DNA from: an uncultured delta proteobacterium
GTDB taxonomy: Bacteria > Myxococcota_A > Polyangia > Haliangiales > Haliangiaceae
DNA length: 64,000 bases
Reading direction: 5' to 3'
NCBI GenBank assembly: GCA_963848295.1
Contig: CAWKDB010000010.1
Coordinates: 3,616,001 to 3,680,000, forward strand
In this document: piece after piece, positions 1 through 9,435 of the stretch
How the letters are laid out: the number at the start of each line of letters is the position of its first letter
How positions within the stretch are numbered: position 1 is the stretch's first letter
The notes under the pieces: generated by a model
Seen by the model: the letters and a program-made list of their open reading frames with translations, nothing else
Databases searched by the model: none
Told to the model about the DNA's origin: nothing
Translations under genes and position numbers: made by a program

Positions 1-210
1 GATGCCGGTGGCAAGCCGGTGTGGACCGTCGCGAACACCGACTTCAAGACCGTCGGCGCGTTCCGCCTGCCCGGCAAGACGCGGTTCCAATCGCCGAGCG
101 ACAAACAAGATCTCGTCGTCGAGTGGGGCCAGCGCGAGGTCAACGTCGACCTGCCCGACGCCAAGTTCGTGCTCGACGCGCCCGCCGGGCTGCCGATCTG
201 CGGCTCCTAG
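1..210 (+). CDS. 3' end of a protein truncated by the window edge (possibly a LolA/LolB-like or DUF4292-like envelope protein)
   Basis: Frame 1 is open from base 1 (DAGGKPVWTVANTDF...PICGS) to TAG at 208-210 with GC3-rich codons. The family is a guess. Confidence 0.6.
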   Translation, partial: DAGGKPVWTVANTDFKTVGAFRLPGKTRFQSPSDKQDLVVEWGQREVNVDLPDAKFVLDAPAGLPICGS

Positions 211-211
211 C

Positions 212-550
212 GGGGACGGTGTTCAACTTGTCAACCGGCCTGCCACCAAAGCTCAGAGATCTCAACTCCTTAACGGGGGACGGTGTTCACTTTGTCAACC
301 GCCGCACCCGGTCCGGTGGCGGGGGACGGAGGAGCTTCTGTCAACCGGCGCTGGATCGCGATCGCATTGCTCGGGCAACTCACCGCCTATGTCGACGTCG
401 CAGTTTGCGATGCCGTCACCCGGGACTCCGTGCCGGTGCGCCGTGATGCCAGCATCAAGAGTTGACAGAGATTCCTCCGTCCCCGGAACAAGTCACCGAG
501 ATCCGTGGGCTCACCGGCCGAGCTCGGTTGACAAAAGTTCCTCCGTCCCC
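212..550. repeat. Cluster of five 25-bp REP-like repeats (family B): forward at 212-236, 276-300, 322-346; reverse at 460-484, 526-550
   Basis: Consensus GGGGACGG(TGTTCACTT/AGGAACTTT)TGTCAACC with an imperfect palindromic core GACGGAG-loop-CTCTGTC; fills the gap between two convergent genes. Confidence 0.9.
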
Positions 551-552
551 GA

Positions 553-1173
553 TTACTGCGGCACGCAGCAGTAATTGGTGTCGCCGCCCCTCGTTCCGGC
601 CGGCGTGCAGACGAAGCCGCTGCTCGGGTCCAACGGCGGATCGGTGCTGCCGCAGCTGTAGCCAACGCCGACGCCGGCGCACGCGACGGTGGGATCGACC
701 GCGCACGTCTGAATCGGCTCCGCGGTGTTGCAGCAGTACTCGTTCGCGCCGCCGTTGGCCTGCGCAGCGCTACACGCGATCGTCGGATCGGCGTCGCTCG
801 GCCCGGTCGGTAGCGTGTCCTGGCCGGCGCAGCTGAACCCGACGGCAGCTCCGATGCAGCCCGCGATGTTCGGATCGGGCACGCAGTCGGTGTCGTACTG
901 CGAGATCGGAATGCAGCAGTACAGCGCCGAGCCGTTGGCTCCGGGCGTTCCGTTCGAGCACACCAGGTTCGGGTCGCGTTGCGTGTCGGCGTCCGTGCCG
1001 TCGGGTCGATCGTCGGAGCAGTTGTACGAGATCGATCCTTGATCGCAGCCCGGCAGGTTCTCGATCACGCCGCAGGTACTCGGCGGCCCGTACGCCGGGT
1101 TCATGAAGTTGTCGGTCGTGACCTCTTGGCAGGCCGCGACGAGCCACGCGAGCAGGACGAGTGAGCTGCGCAT
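553..1173 (-). CDS. Cys-rich lipoprotein with three repeated six-Cys modules
   Basis: Lipobox LVAA-C; three units each ending in YCC; ATG at 1173 overlaps the TAA of the TonB receptor (TAATG coupling). Confidence 0.8.
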   Translation of the reverse strand: MRSSLVLLAWLVAACQEVTTDNFMNPAYGPPSTCGVIENLPGCDQGSISYNCSDDRPDGTDADTQRDPNLVCSNGTPGANGSALYCCIPISQYDTDCVPDPNIAGCIGAAVGFSCAGQDTLPTGPSDADPTIACSAAQANGGANEYCCNTAEPIQTCAVDPTVACAGVGVGYSCGSTDPPLDPSSGFVCTPAGTRGGDTNYCCVPQ

Positions 1174-3509
1174 TAGTGCCACCTGATCGTGAAGTTGCCG
1201 AGGAGCTCGCGGGGAACGCCGGGCGTGAAGCTGATGCCCTCTTGCGGGTTCGGGCCTTCGCCGGGGAGTCGCGAGCTCACCGCGAACTGACCCTCGCGAT
1301 AAACCGCGTCACCGATGTTGATGATGTATGCCGCCAGCTCGTAACGCTTGTAGCGGAGGCCGAGCTGACCGTTGAACACGGTGAACCCGGTCGCGGTCAG
1401 CGAGTTGTCGACCTCGGCAGGTCGATCGGACATCGCGCGCACGTTGAGCGATCCGATCAACGTCATGTGCGGTGCGATCGGGTAGAGCGCGCCGATCTCG
1501 GCGCTCAGCGTGTGAACCGGAGCGAGCGCGACGTACGTGGTCCCGGCCGCGATGTCGGCCGCATCGGTGTAGCGCGAGTGCGCGTAGGTGTACGTGCCCT
1601 CGGCGTAGATGATGTTCTTGTACTGATAGCGCGCGGTGATCTCGGCACCGTAGCGGCGCGTGGGGCCCGAGGGATCGGTCGAGGCCGTGTCGCCGTCGAT
1701 CGATTCCTCGGACGTCAGGTCGAGCAAGAATGCGAGCGCCGAGACCGCGAGACCGCGGAGCGGCTTGACCGTCGTTCCGAGCTCGCCGCCGGTCGCGCGT
1801 GCGATCAGCGTGGTCGCCGAGCCGACGACCACGGTACGCACGTCGTTCGAGTGAAAGCCCTGGCCGAAGTTCGCGAACAGCTCGACGTGCGACTCCGGGC
1901 TCACCACGAGCGCGGCTTTCGGCGAGAGCTGCGTCGCACCCCGGTAGCCGGACGGCTTGACGACCGCGGTCGGCGACAGGTTGTTGACGTCGGCGTCGAT
2001 CCGGTCGGCTCGCCCGCCGAGCATCACGCGCAGCCATCTGAGCGGCCGGTAGTCTTCTTGTAGGTACGCGCCGGACTCGGTCTCGTTGATGCCGGAGTCT
2101 TCGATCGGGCCGGGGATTCCGGGCAGACCGTCGAGTCGCATCCGGTCCTCGGTGCGGTGGAGCTGCGATTCCACGATGTCGTTCCGGACCTGGATGCCGA
2201 ACGTCGACTTCAGCGGACGGTCGAACGGCGTGTAGTCCTGGTGGATGCGGACGTCGAGCCCCTGCTCGAACCGCGCGTCATCCTGCTCGACCTGGGAGCC
2301 GTAGCGGATGCCCTCTGGCTGGAACGGCGCTGCGATCCCGTCGTTGGGAAACAACTGGAAGTTCGAGTGCAGCGAATACGCGATCGCTTCGAGGTCGCCG
2401 TGCGGGATCGGCTTGAAGTAGCGCGTCTGCAACATGTAGCGGCCGCTGTCGCCGCCCTGGCTCGGATCGACCGAGTCGAACCGATTGATACACCTGGCGC
2501 CCGCGTAGGCCCCGGGCACCGGGGTGCCATCGCCCTCGCCGCACACCGCGCGCGCGGGAAGCACGCCCGACATGTTCCACGTCCCGCTGTACGACATGCC
2601 TTCGAGCGACAGCGAGCTGCCGTCCTCGAACGATCGCGTCGCCTTCACCAGCGTGCTGAGCCGGTTGTAGTTCTCCGGGTGGATGAACGGGCCATCTTCA
2701 TCGAAGATCTCGACCGCGGTCACCATCCGCCACTTCGGGCCGAGGTCCGGCGACTCGACGATGACCGCGCGTTTGTGCCCGTCCTGACCGAGCTCGACCT
2801 TTGCGAGGCTGTCGTCGACGTGATCGGCGGTGCGAAAGTTCATCGACCCGGCAGTCGCGAAGTCGCCGACGAGCGGCGAGTACGGACCCTTGGTCGCCTC
2901 GATACTCTCGACCGTCTCCGGGATGATGAAGTGCAGATCGAGGTAGCCCTGGCCGTGGCCGTGGCTGACCGCGTTGATCGGCACGCCGTCGATGAACCCG
3001 GCGAGATCCGTGCCGTGATCGAGGTCGAAGCCGCGCAAGAAGTACTGCTGCGCCTTGCCGCCACCGGCGTGTTGCACCGTGAACAGGCCGGGGACTTCTT
3101 GCGTGAGATCTTCGGCGCGAATGTGCGGGCGGAGCGAGAGCTGGCGCCGATCGACGACGTTGTCGGAGGCGGCGAGCGGATCGGGATCGATCAAGGACGC
3201 GGGGCGATCGACGTGGCCGCTCATCTGAATGATCTCGTTGCCGATCTGATCGGAGAGTCGGGGCAGGGCGACGGGCCCCGAGCCCGAGCCCGAGCCATCG
3301 GTCTGCGACGAGCCGCTCCCCGATCCCGTGTCGGGCGTCGCAGGGGTCGCGCTTCCCGTGACCGAGCCGCTCCCGGCAGCGGAGCCGCTCGCTGGAGCAT
3401 CGCTGCCGGCCTCTGGCGAGCCGGCGTCGGGTGGAGCTTGAGCAAATGATCGATAGGAAGCTGCGAGCACCAGCGTGGCGCTGGCGACCGCCGAGAGAGG
3501 AATCTTCAT
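1173..3509 (-). CDS. TonB-dependent outer-membrane receptor, probably for metal uptake
   Basis: Signal peptide MKIPLSAV...SFA, Ser/Gly linker, plug motifs QHAGGGKAQQYFLRGFDLDHGTD and SHGHGQGYLD, beta-barrel with C-terminal FTIRWH. Confidence 0.92.
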   Translation of the reverse strand: MKIPLSAVASATLVLAASYRSFAQAPPDAGSPEAGSDAPASGSAAGSGSVTGSATPATPDTGSGSGSSQTDGSGSGSGPVALPRLSDQIGNEIIQMSGHVDRPASLIDPDPLAASDNVVDRRQLSLRPHIRAEDLTQEVPGLFTVQHAGGGKAQQYFLRGFDLDHGTDLAGFIDGVPINAVSHGHGQGYLDLHFIIPETVESIEATKGPYSPLVGDFATAGSMNFRTADHVDDSLAKVELGQDGHKRAVIVESPDLGPKWRMVTAVEIFDEDGPFIHPENYNRLSTLVKATRSFEDGSSLSLEGMSYSGTWNMSGVLPARAVCGEGDGTPVPGAYAGARCINRFDSVDPSQGGDSGRYMLQTRYFKPIPHGDLEAIAYSLHSNFQLFPNDGIAAPFQPEGIRYGSQVEQDDARFEQGLDVRIHQDYTPFDRPLKSTFGIQVRNDIVESQLHRTEDRMRLDGLPGIPGPIEDSGINETESGAYLQEDYRPLRWLRVMLGGRADRIDADVNNLSPTAVVKPSGYRGATQLSPKAALVVSPESHVELFANFGQGFHSNDVRTVVVGSATTLIARATGGELGTTVKPLRGLAVSALAFLLDLTSEESIDGDTASTDPSGPTRRYGAEITARYQYKNIIYAEGTYTYAHSRYTDAADIAAGTTYVALAPVHTLSAEIGALYPIAPHMTLIGSLNVRAMSDRPAEVDNSLTATGFTVFNGQLGLRYKRYELAAYIINIGDAVYREGQFAVSSRLPGEGPNPQEGISFTPGVPRELLGNFTIRWH

Positions 3510-3626
3510 TGATTGTCCGGGCGAAAGAGGTTCGTCACGCACAGCGAGCGCGCTGACCGCACACGCCGGATCAGGCGGCGGCTCTTCAGGCCGATCCGCA
3601 GCCGGCGTTGCTCGTCCTATGAAAGC

Positions 3627-4088
3627 TCAGCAGGACGAGCTGCGCGGCGGACCGCGCGCGGCGGCGGTCGGCGTCGAGATCGAGGTCAGCGAAGCGAGCG
3701 ACTGCACCGAGAACCGGAGCTCGGGCGGATCGATCGGCAACGGCTGGTGAAGCGGTGGCGGCGCGGGCACGGCCGCGACGCCGTGGTGCGCGAGGCTGCC
3801 AGCACCGTGCTGGAGCGCGGCCCGTAGGCGCGCGCGGCTATCGATTCCGCGTGGCGCGACCGCAGCTGGATCGAACCCGTCGATATGGGTATGGCAGTGA
3901 GCGACCGAGCTGTGACAGTGACCCTCGTCGAGGATCATCGCACCGCTCGCGTCGTGATGGTGTGGCGCGAGGTGGTCGTGGATCGCGACGTGCGCCCATG
4001 GCATCACTTCGAAGCCGAGCAGCCACAGCATGCACGCCAACAGCGCATGCCGTGCCCGCCGGTTAGCCGCGCGCGCCGCGCTAGTCAC
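3627..4088 (-). CDS. His-rich leader protein with C-terminal RGPP motif (DUF2946/CruR-like candidate arrest peptide)
   Basis: N-terminal hydrophobic segment, HVAIHDHLAPHHH...HCHSSVAHCHTH, Pro-rich spacer and ARGPP just before the stop; lies directly upstream of the TonB receptor. Confidence 0.75.
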   Translation of the reverse strand: MTSAARAANRRARHALLACMLWLLGFEVMPWAHVAIHDHLAPHHHDASGAMILDEGHCHSSVAHCHTHIDGFDPAAVAPRGIDSRARLRAALQHGAGSLAHHGVAAVPAPPPLHQPLPIDPPELRFSVQSLASLTSISTPTAAARGPPRSSSC

Positions 4089-4205
4089 GCCGACTCGATA
4101 ACACAGGTGTCGACCCTCACGCCGGAGGTACGACGCTCGATCGCCTCCGGATCGGATCGAATCCCCCGCAAGTCGGAGCGGTTAGCCCCCCCCGGAACGA
4201 GTTGG

Positions 4206-4628
4206 TCAGCCCTTCGCCAGCTCGTGTAGCACCGCCTCGAGCTCGGCAGGTCTCACCGGCTTCGTGAGGTACGCATCGATCGCCTCGCGCGCGCAGAACC
4301 CATCCGGTTCGTCGACTGCCGACAACACCACGACCGCGAGCATCACGCCGCACACCTTCGCGCGTTCGCGGAACCGCGTCCCGAGCCCGGTGCGCTCGTC
4401 GCTGCGCGTATACCACTCGTAGATCACCACGTCGGGGACGTAGGTGTCGATCGCGCAGAGCGCCGCGCTCGTCGTGCTCACCGCGTGGCAGTCGTGGCCG
4501 AGCAAGCTCAACATGTGGCGCATCACTTCGCGCGAGCCCTCGTGATCCTCGAGCATCAGGATGCGATGGCGAACCGGCGCGTCGCCGCTCGCGGAGCTGC
4601 GCCGCGGCTTGGGCAGGTCTTGAGTCAT
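4206..4628 (-). CDS. Single-domain response regulator receiver (atypical)
   Basis: ILMLEDH...PDVVIYEW...VVVLSA...AYLTKPV is a CheY-like pattern; the phosphoacceptor position reads E. Confidence 0.8.
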   Translation of the reverse strand: MTQDLPKPRRSSASGDAPVRHRILMLEDHEGSREVMRHMLSLLGHDCHAVSTTSAALCAIDTYVPDVVIYEWYTRSDERTGLGTRFRERAKVCGVMLAVVVLSAVDEPDGFCAREAIDAYLTKPVRPAELEAVLHELAKG

Positions 4629-4705
4629 GATTCCCCTCGTCCCCGACGAAATGGTACCTCACAAGTTGGTGTTTCTGTGCCGTTATCGGTTCGACCGTCC
4701 AGTTC

Positions 4706-5002
4706 GTGCGGCTCGATCCCTATCGCGTGGTCCGCTGGGTGGGCGGACGCGTCGCCGAGCGCCGGCGCGCGTACGGCTTGACGCAGGAGCAACTCGCGGA
4801 GCGGCTGGACGTCTCGATCAAGTATCTGCAACGCCTCGAGGCGGGTGACGAGAATCTGACGATCCGCTCGGTGGTCGGCATCGCGAACGCGCTCGACGTC
4901 CACCCGAGTTATTTGCTGAGATCCCCGCGCACGGTCGCGCGGCGTGCGCCGGGCCGTCCCAAGAAAGCGCGAGCTCGCCGCGGCCCGAAACCGGCGACCT
5001 AG
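4706..5002 (+). CDS. XRE-family helix-turn-helix regulator
   Basis: RRRAYGLTQEQLAERLDVSIKYLQRLEAGDENLT; basic C-terminal tail with PGRPKK. Confidence 0.88.
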   Translation: MRLDPYRVVRWVGGRVAERRRAYGLTQEQLAERLDVSIKYLQRLEAGDENLTIRSVVGIANALDVHPSYLLRSPRTVARRAPGRPKKARARRGPKPAT

Positions 5003-5004
5003 AG

Positions 5005-6117
5005 CTATGGCGAGATCACGCGGACGTGGTTGAACGGGCTGCCGTCGCCGACGTTGCCATCTGCGACGACGATGCGCGTGCCATCCGAAGACACATCGAG
5101 GCCTTCGACGCCGTCGAACTGCGCTTGCATCGGATCGTCCGAGTCCATCCAGCCCATCGTCCCCGAGCCAGCGATCGTCTGCACCGAGGCGCCCGCGCCG
5201 AGGATGAGCTTGCGCACGTCGTGGCCGCCGCCCTCGCTGATGTACAGCGCGCCTAGCGCGTCGGTCGTCAGCCCTTTGGGTTCGTCGAACGACGCGATCG
5301 CCAGGCTGCCATCGGCGGTGCCGGGAACGCCCGGCATGCCCGCGATGTCGGTGACGACTCCCGCGAGCGTGACGTTGCGGATCAGATGATTCTCCGCGTC
5401 CGACACCGCGAGGTCGCCGGTCTGGAGCAGCGCGATGTCCCACGGCTGGTCGAACTGCGCGGCGCTGCCGGTGCCGACCGCGTAACCGGGCACGTCCATC
5501 ATGCCAGCGAGCACGGTCACCGTCGGGGGCGACTGCGACGGGTCGAGCAACTCGATCACGTGGTGCTCGTAGTCCGCGAGCGCGATCTGGCCGTTGCCGA
5601 GCAGCGCCATTCCGCGCGGTCGGCCGATATCGCGCACGATCACGGTCGCGGTTCCGGTCGATGGATCGACCTGCCAGATCGTCCCGCTGTTGATCGAGAG
5701 GTTGCCTTGGTCGTCGCCGTCGGTCTCGACCCACAGCGTGCCTGTGCTCGAGAGCTGCAAGCCGAACGGACGGACGAAGTCCGGACGCGATACGAGCGTG
5801 GTCACCGTCCCGTCGGTCTCGACCTTGCGCAGCAAGCCGTCGTCGAAGTCGGCGACGTAGGCCACCCCGCTCGGACCGAGCGCGACGTTGACGGGGTTCG
5901 AGAACAGCCCGTAGTCGCGCGGACCATTCGCGGTGCCGGCGACGTCGCACCCGGACAGCGTCGCGACCTTGAGCGACAGCGCGGGCAGCGTGCACGACAA
6001 CGCCGCATCGCCACCGCCGTCGCCCGCGTGACCGTCGCCGATCCCGCCGTCGGTCGTCGCATGACTCGAGCCACAAGCGGTCAACACCAGGCTAACGAGA
6101 GCGCACTGATTCGACAT
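5005..6117 (-). CDS. NHL-repeat (beta-propeller) lipoprotein
   Basis: Lipobox VLTA-C; repeats FSNPVNVAL, FDQPWDIAL, FDEPKGLT, FDGVEGLD; TATGAT lies 7 nt upstream of ATG 6117. Confidence 0.85.
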   Translation of the reverse strand: MSNQCALVSLVLTACGSSHATTDGGIGDGHAGDGGGDAALSCTLPALSLKVATLSGCDVAGTANGPRDYGLFSNPVNVALGPSGVAYVADFDDGLLRKVETDGTVTTLVSRPDFVRPFGLQLSSTGTLWVETDGDDQGNLSINSGTIWQVDPSTGTATVIVRDIGRPRGMALLGNGQIALADYEHHVIELLDPSQSPPTVTVLAGMMDVPGYAVGTGSAAQFDQPWDIALLQTGDLAVSDAENHLIRNVTLAGVVTDIAGMPGVPGTADGSLAIASFDEPKGLTTDALGALYISEGGGHDVRKLILGAGASVQTIAGSGTMGWMDSDDPMQAQFDGVEGLDVSSDGTRIVVADGNVGDGSPFNHVRVISP

Positions 6118-6176
6118 AAGGGCGATCATAGGAGTGCGCGTCGTTGGTCGCAACGTGCGCACAGCGCGTCCGACGC

Positions 6177-7445
6177 TCACGGCGTGATTCCGTCACGTGC
6201 GAGCTCGCTCGCTGTCGCTTCGCTCGCGTGAGCGGGTGTGGCGTACCAGCCCGGATCGCCATCGCCGGTGAGCCGTTCGCGGATCTTGACGAGGGTGAAC
6301 ATGCCACCCATGTCGATCGCGCCGAACGGCCCTTTACCGCCGACCATCGCGATCGAGCCCTTCGGGATGTCCATCGCCATCGCGCCGCCGATCCCGGCCG
6401 ACCCGAATACCATCGCACCCGGAACGACGCGATCGAGCTTCGCATCGAGACCGCGCGTGTCGGCGCCGATCATGTTCGCGGCGTCGTGACCCATCTGGTT
6501 CATCGTGTGATGGGTCATGTGGCAGTGGATCGGCCAATCGCCGGGCGCGCGCGCCTCGAATTCGATCACACGCACCGCGCCGGTCGGGACGAGCACGGTG
6601 GTTTCGGGAAACCGCGCCGACGCCGGCACCGCGCCACCGTCGGTGGCGACGACCTCGAACGCGTGGCCGTGCAAATGGATCGGATGGTGGTCCATCGGTC
6701 CGAGGTTGCCAAACCGGATCCGCACGAGGTCGCCGAGCTCGGCGACGAGCGGCTCGGTCGCGGGAAACGCCTTGCCGTTGAACGTCAGCACGTTGAAGTC
6801 GTTCATCGCGAGCGGATCCGGGCGGTGGGCACCGATCGGGATCTTCCACTCGTGTGCGAACAACGCGTAGTCGCGCACGCGGCGGGATTCGCCACCGCGC
6901 GGATGGACGACGATCATGCCCATCACACCGAGCGCGATCTGGGTCATGTCGTCGACGTGCGGGTGATACATGTACGTGCCCGCGCGCGCGAACGTGAGCT
7001 CGTACTTGAACGTCGCGCCCGGCGCGATCGGCGGTTGAGTCAAGCCGGCGACACCGTCCATCCCGTTCGGCACCGCCACGCCATGCCAGTGCACGGAAGT
7101 GGCCTCGGGCAGCTTGTTCGTGACGTAGATCCGGACGCGATCGCCTTCGTCGACCTCGATCAGCGGGCCCGGAGTCGTGCCGTTGTAGCCCCACGCGGCG
7201 ATCTCGAGACCGGGCGCGATCTCGTGCCGGACCGGCTCGGCGGTGAGGTGAAACACCTTGGCATCGCCGACGCGCTTCGCGGCGAGCGTCGAGCCGTTGG
7301 GTACGGTCACGCCGGTGCTGCGGGCCTCGTGCGCGCGGGGGCTCGCAGCCTTATCGGCTGGCGCGGCGGCGGCGACACGCCGAGCGGCGAGCGCGGCACC
7401 GGCGGCGAGCGTGGACGACAACATCGTGCGGCGGCTGACGGTCAT
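6177..7445 (-). CDS. Multicopper oxidase (two cupredoxin domains, Tat-exported)
   Basis: SRRTML twin-arginine signal; SVHWHG, YMYHPH, HPIHLHGH and HCHMTHHTM copper motifs; Met-rich tail. Confidence 0.93.
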   Translation of the reverse strand: MTVSRRTMLSSTLAAGAALAARRVAAAAPADKAASPRAHEARSTGVTVPNGSTLAAKRVGDAKVFHLTAEPVRHEIAPGLEIAAWGYNGTTPGPLIEVDEGDRVRIYVTNKLPEATSVHWHGVAVPNGMDGVAGLTQPPIAPGATFKYELTFARAGTYMYHPHVDDMTQIALGVMGMIVVHPRGGESRRVRDYALFAHEWKIPIGAHRPDPLAMNDFNVLTFNGKAFPATEPLVAELGDLVRIRFGNLGPMDHHPIHLHGHAFEVVATDGGAVPASARFPETTVLVPTGAVRVIEFEARAPGDWPIHCHMTHHTMNQMGHDAANMIGADTRGLDAKLDRVVPGAMVFGSAGIGGAMAMDIPKGSIAMVGGKGPFGAIDMGGMFTLVKIRERLTGDGDPGWYATPAHASEATASELARDGITP

Positions 7446-8767
7446 GGCGCCTCGGGGGCAGATGGTTCGAGCATCGCGCCGCGACCGAGCGCGGTTGCCT
7501 CGGAGCTGGCGTTCCAGTAGCGGCGGACCGCGTCGAGATAGTCGCGCGAGGCGTCGACGAGGCCCTGGCGCGCGAGGATCAGCTGGAACGGATCGGCATC
7601 CATCGCGTTGTAGTGAAGCAAGGTCTCGTCGACGATCTGCTGGCGCAGCGGCAGCACGATGTCGCGCAGGTGGCGGGCCTCGGCGTACGCGGCGAGCGCG
7701 GCGATGCGGACCGCGCGGGCGCGCGCGCGGAGCTCGACGGCGACCGCTTCGGTCTCGTGCTCGGCGTGGTGCAGCTCGGCGGCGGCACGCGCGCGCGGGC
7801 CTTGGCGTTGATCGAACAGCGGCAGGCCGAGGCGGATCGCCGGGCCGAGCTCGGCTCCAGCGTCGCGGTCGATCACCGACGCGCCGACGCCGAGCTCGGG
7901 CACGAACGCTCGCATCCGCTCGACGCCGAGCGTGTTCGCGGCGGCCTCGGCGTGGGCGCGTTCGGCGACGAGCTGGAGGCTCGCCGCGACCGCGGTGGTC
8001 TCGAGCGCGTCGAGCTGCGGCGGCTCGAGCGGGAGCTCGCGCAGCGTGCCGGTCGCGGTCCACTTTGTCCGGTCGCCGGACAACCCGAGCAAGGCGTTCA
8101 GCGCTTCGCGCCGCAGCTCGATCGCCGCTTCGGCGCGGCCGAGCGCGATCCGAGCGTATTCGCGCGCATCGCGATCGCGCGCTTGTGCGAGGTCGGTCGT
8201 GTTGCCGGCGGCGTGCATGCGCTCGCGCAGCGTCGCGGCGGCATCCGCGGCGTCGAACGCGGTGCGCCGGAGCTCGAGCTCCTGCTGCGCCGCGAGCAGG
8301 TCGTGCCACGCGATCTCGACGCGCGCCGCGAGCTGGACCGCCGCGGCTTCGGCGGTCGCGCGAGCGGCCGCGATGTCGGCGTGCGCGGCGGCGCGGCGGC
8401 GGGGCATCTCGATCAGGCCCAAGACCGGCTGGATCGCGTCGAGCTCGTACTCGTGATCGTGGGCGCCGAACCGCAGCTGGACGTCGACCGCGGTCGGACC
8501 GAGCACGGTCGCGGCCGCGAGCTCGCTACCGGCGATGCCGAGCTCGTCGAGCGCCGCGGCGAGCCGGGGGCTGGCCGCGAGCGCGATCCGCACCGCCGCG
8601 GTTTCATCGACGGGCTTGGCGAGCAGCACATCGATCTCGGACGCGGGCACTCGCGGCGCGCCGAGGTCGCGCTCGAGGTCCGAGTCGATCGGCGCGCGCA
8701 GCTCGCGAGCGCTCGGGACGCAGCCGAGCCACAGCGCGCACGCGACCGTCGCGGCGCGGGTCGTCAT
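7442..8767 (-). CDS. TolC-family outer-membrane lipoprotein (copper-resistance type)
   Basis: Lipobox WLG-C, long Ala-rich helices, LGLPLFDQRQG and LLHYNAM motifs; ATGA overlap with the oxidase gene. Confidence 0.87.
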   Translation of the reverse strand: MTTRAATVACALWLGCVPSARELRAPIDSDLERDLGAPRVPASEIDVLLAKPVDETAAVRIALAASPRLAAALDELGIAGSELAAATVLGPTAVDVQLRFGAHDHEYELDAIQPVLGLIEMPRRRAAAHADIAAARATAEAAAVQLAARVEIAWHDLLAAQQELELRRTAFDAADAAATLRERMHAAGNTTDLAQARDRDAREYARIALGRAEAAIELRREALNALLGLSGDRTKWTATGTLRELPLEPPQLDALETTAVAASLQLVAERAHAEAAANTLGVERMRAFVPELGVGASVIDRDAGAELGPAIRLGLPLFDQRQGPRARAAAELHHAEHETEAVAVELRARARAVRIAALAAYAEARHLRDIVLPLRQQIVDETLLHYNAMDADPFQLILARQGLVDASRDYLDAVRRYWNASSEATALGRGAMLEPSAPEAP

Positions 8768-8994
8768 GAACCCGGCTTGCCGGTTCCAGGCATGCCGGGC
8801 ATGTGATGGTGCTCCGGCTCGGGCGTGGTGCGCAGCGCCGGAACGTCCGGATACGTCACGACGTGCTCGCGCAGCGACGGTGGCGGTCCGGCGAGTCGAC
8901 CGGCGGCGGCGTGCGGGCTCGCTGGATTCGGCGCGGCGAGCTCGGGCGCCGACACCGCGCAACCGACGAGCGCTAGCAACATCACCGCGCGCAT
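8764..8994 (-). CDS. Small lipoprotein with His/Met tail
   Basis: MRAVMLLALVG-C...EHHHMPGMPG; coupled to both neighbouring genes by overlapping start/stop codons. Confidence 0.75.
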   Translation of the reverse strand: MRAVMLLALVGCAVSAPELAAPNPASPHAAAGRLAGPPPSLREHVVTYPDVPALRTTPEPEHHHMPGMPGTGKPGS

Positions 8995-9419
8995 CACATC
9001 GCCATCTTGCACGTGCCACTCGCGAGGTGAGACGCGTGCATCTTCACCTCGCTCTGGATCGCCGCGACATCTTCGGGCGTGCCCGCGACGAACGAGATCG
9101 TGACGCGATGATCGCCAGCGCGCGCCGTCGCAGTCGCGGTCGGAGTCTCGATCATGTCGACGAAGCGCGTTCCGCCGGGGTGACGATCGTGGAGCGCCGT
9201 GGCGAACGCCTGCGCACGCGCGAGCACCTGCGCGACGTCGCCTGTGGTCACGAACACGAGCTCGACGCCATCCGGCGGGGTCTCGACGGTGACCGATGTA
9301 CCGGGCACGCTCACTGGACACGTCGGATCGTCGAGTGGCGCGGCCGCAGGTTCGTGGGTGGCGGGCGGCGAGCCTCCGCACGCGGCGATCAGCGCGACTG
9401 CGGCAAGCCGATACGACAT
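8994..9419 (-). CDS. Lipoprotein of unknown function in the copper operon
   Basis: Lipobox LIAA-C; C-terminal MHASHLASGTCKMAM. Confidence 0.75.
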   Translation of the reverse strand: MSYRLAAVALIAACGGSPPATHEPAAAPLDDPTCPVSVPGTSVTVETPPDGVELVFVTTGDVAQVLARAQAFATALHDRHPGGTRFVDMIETPTATATARAGDHRVTISFVAGTPEDVAAIQSEVKMHASHLASGTCKMAM

Positions 9420-9435
9420 GGCGCTTGTATATCAC

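Noticed and set aside
212..550. CRISPR array interpretation of the 25-bp repeats with about 40-nt spacers
   Set aside because: Only 2-3 degenerate copies per run, mixed orientations, dispersal to several loci, a shared motif among spacers, and no cas genes in the window.
6193..6231. Hairpin with GCTTCGCTCGC at the 3' end of the multicopper oxidase
   Set aside because: Single occurrence within coding sequence; no second copy found by eye.
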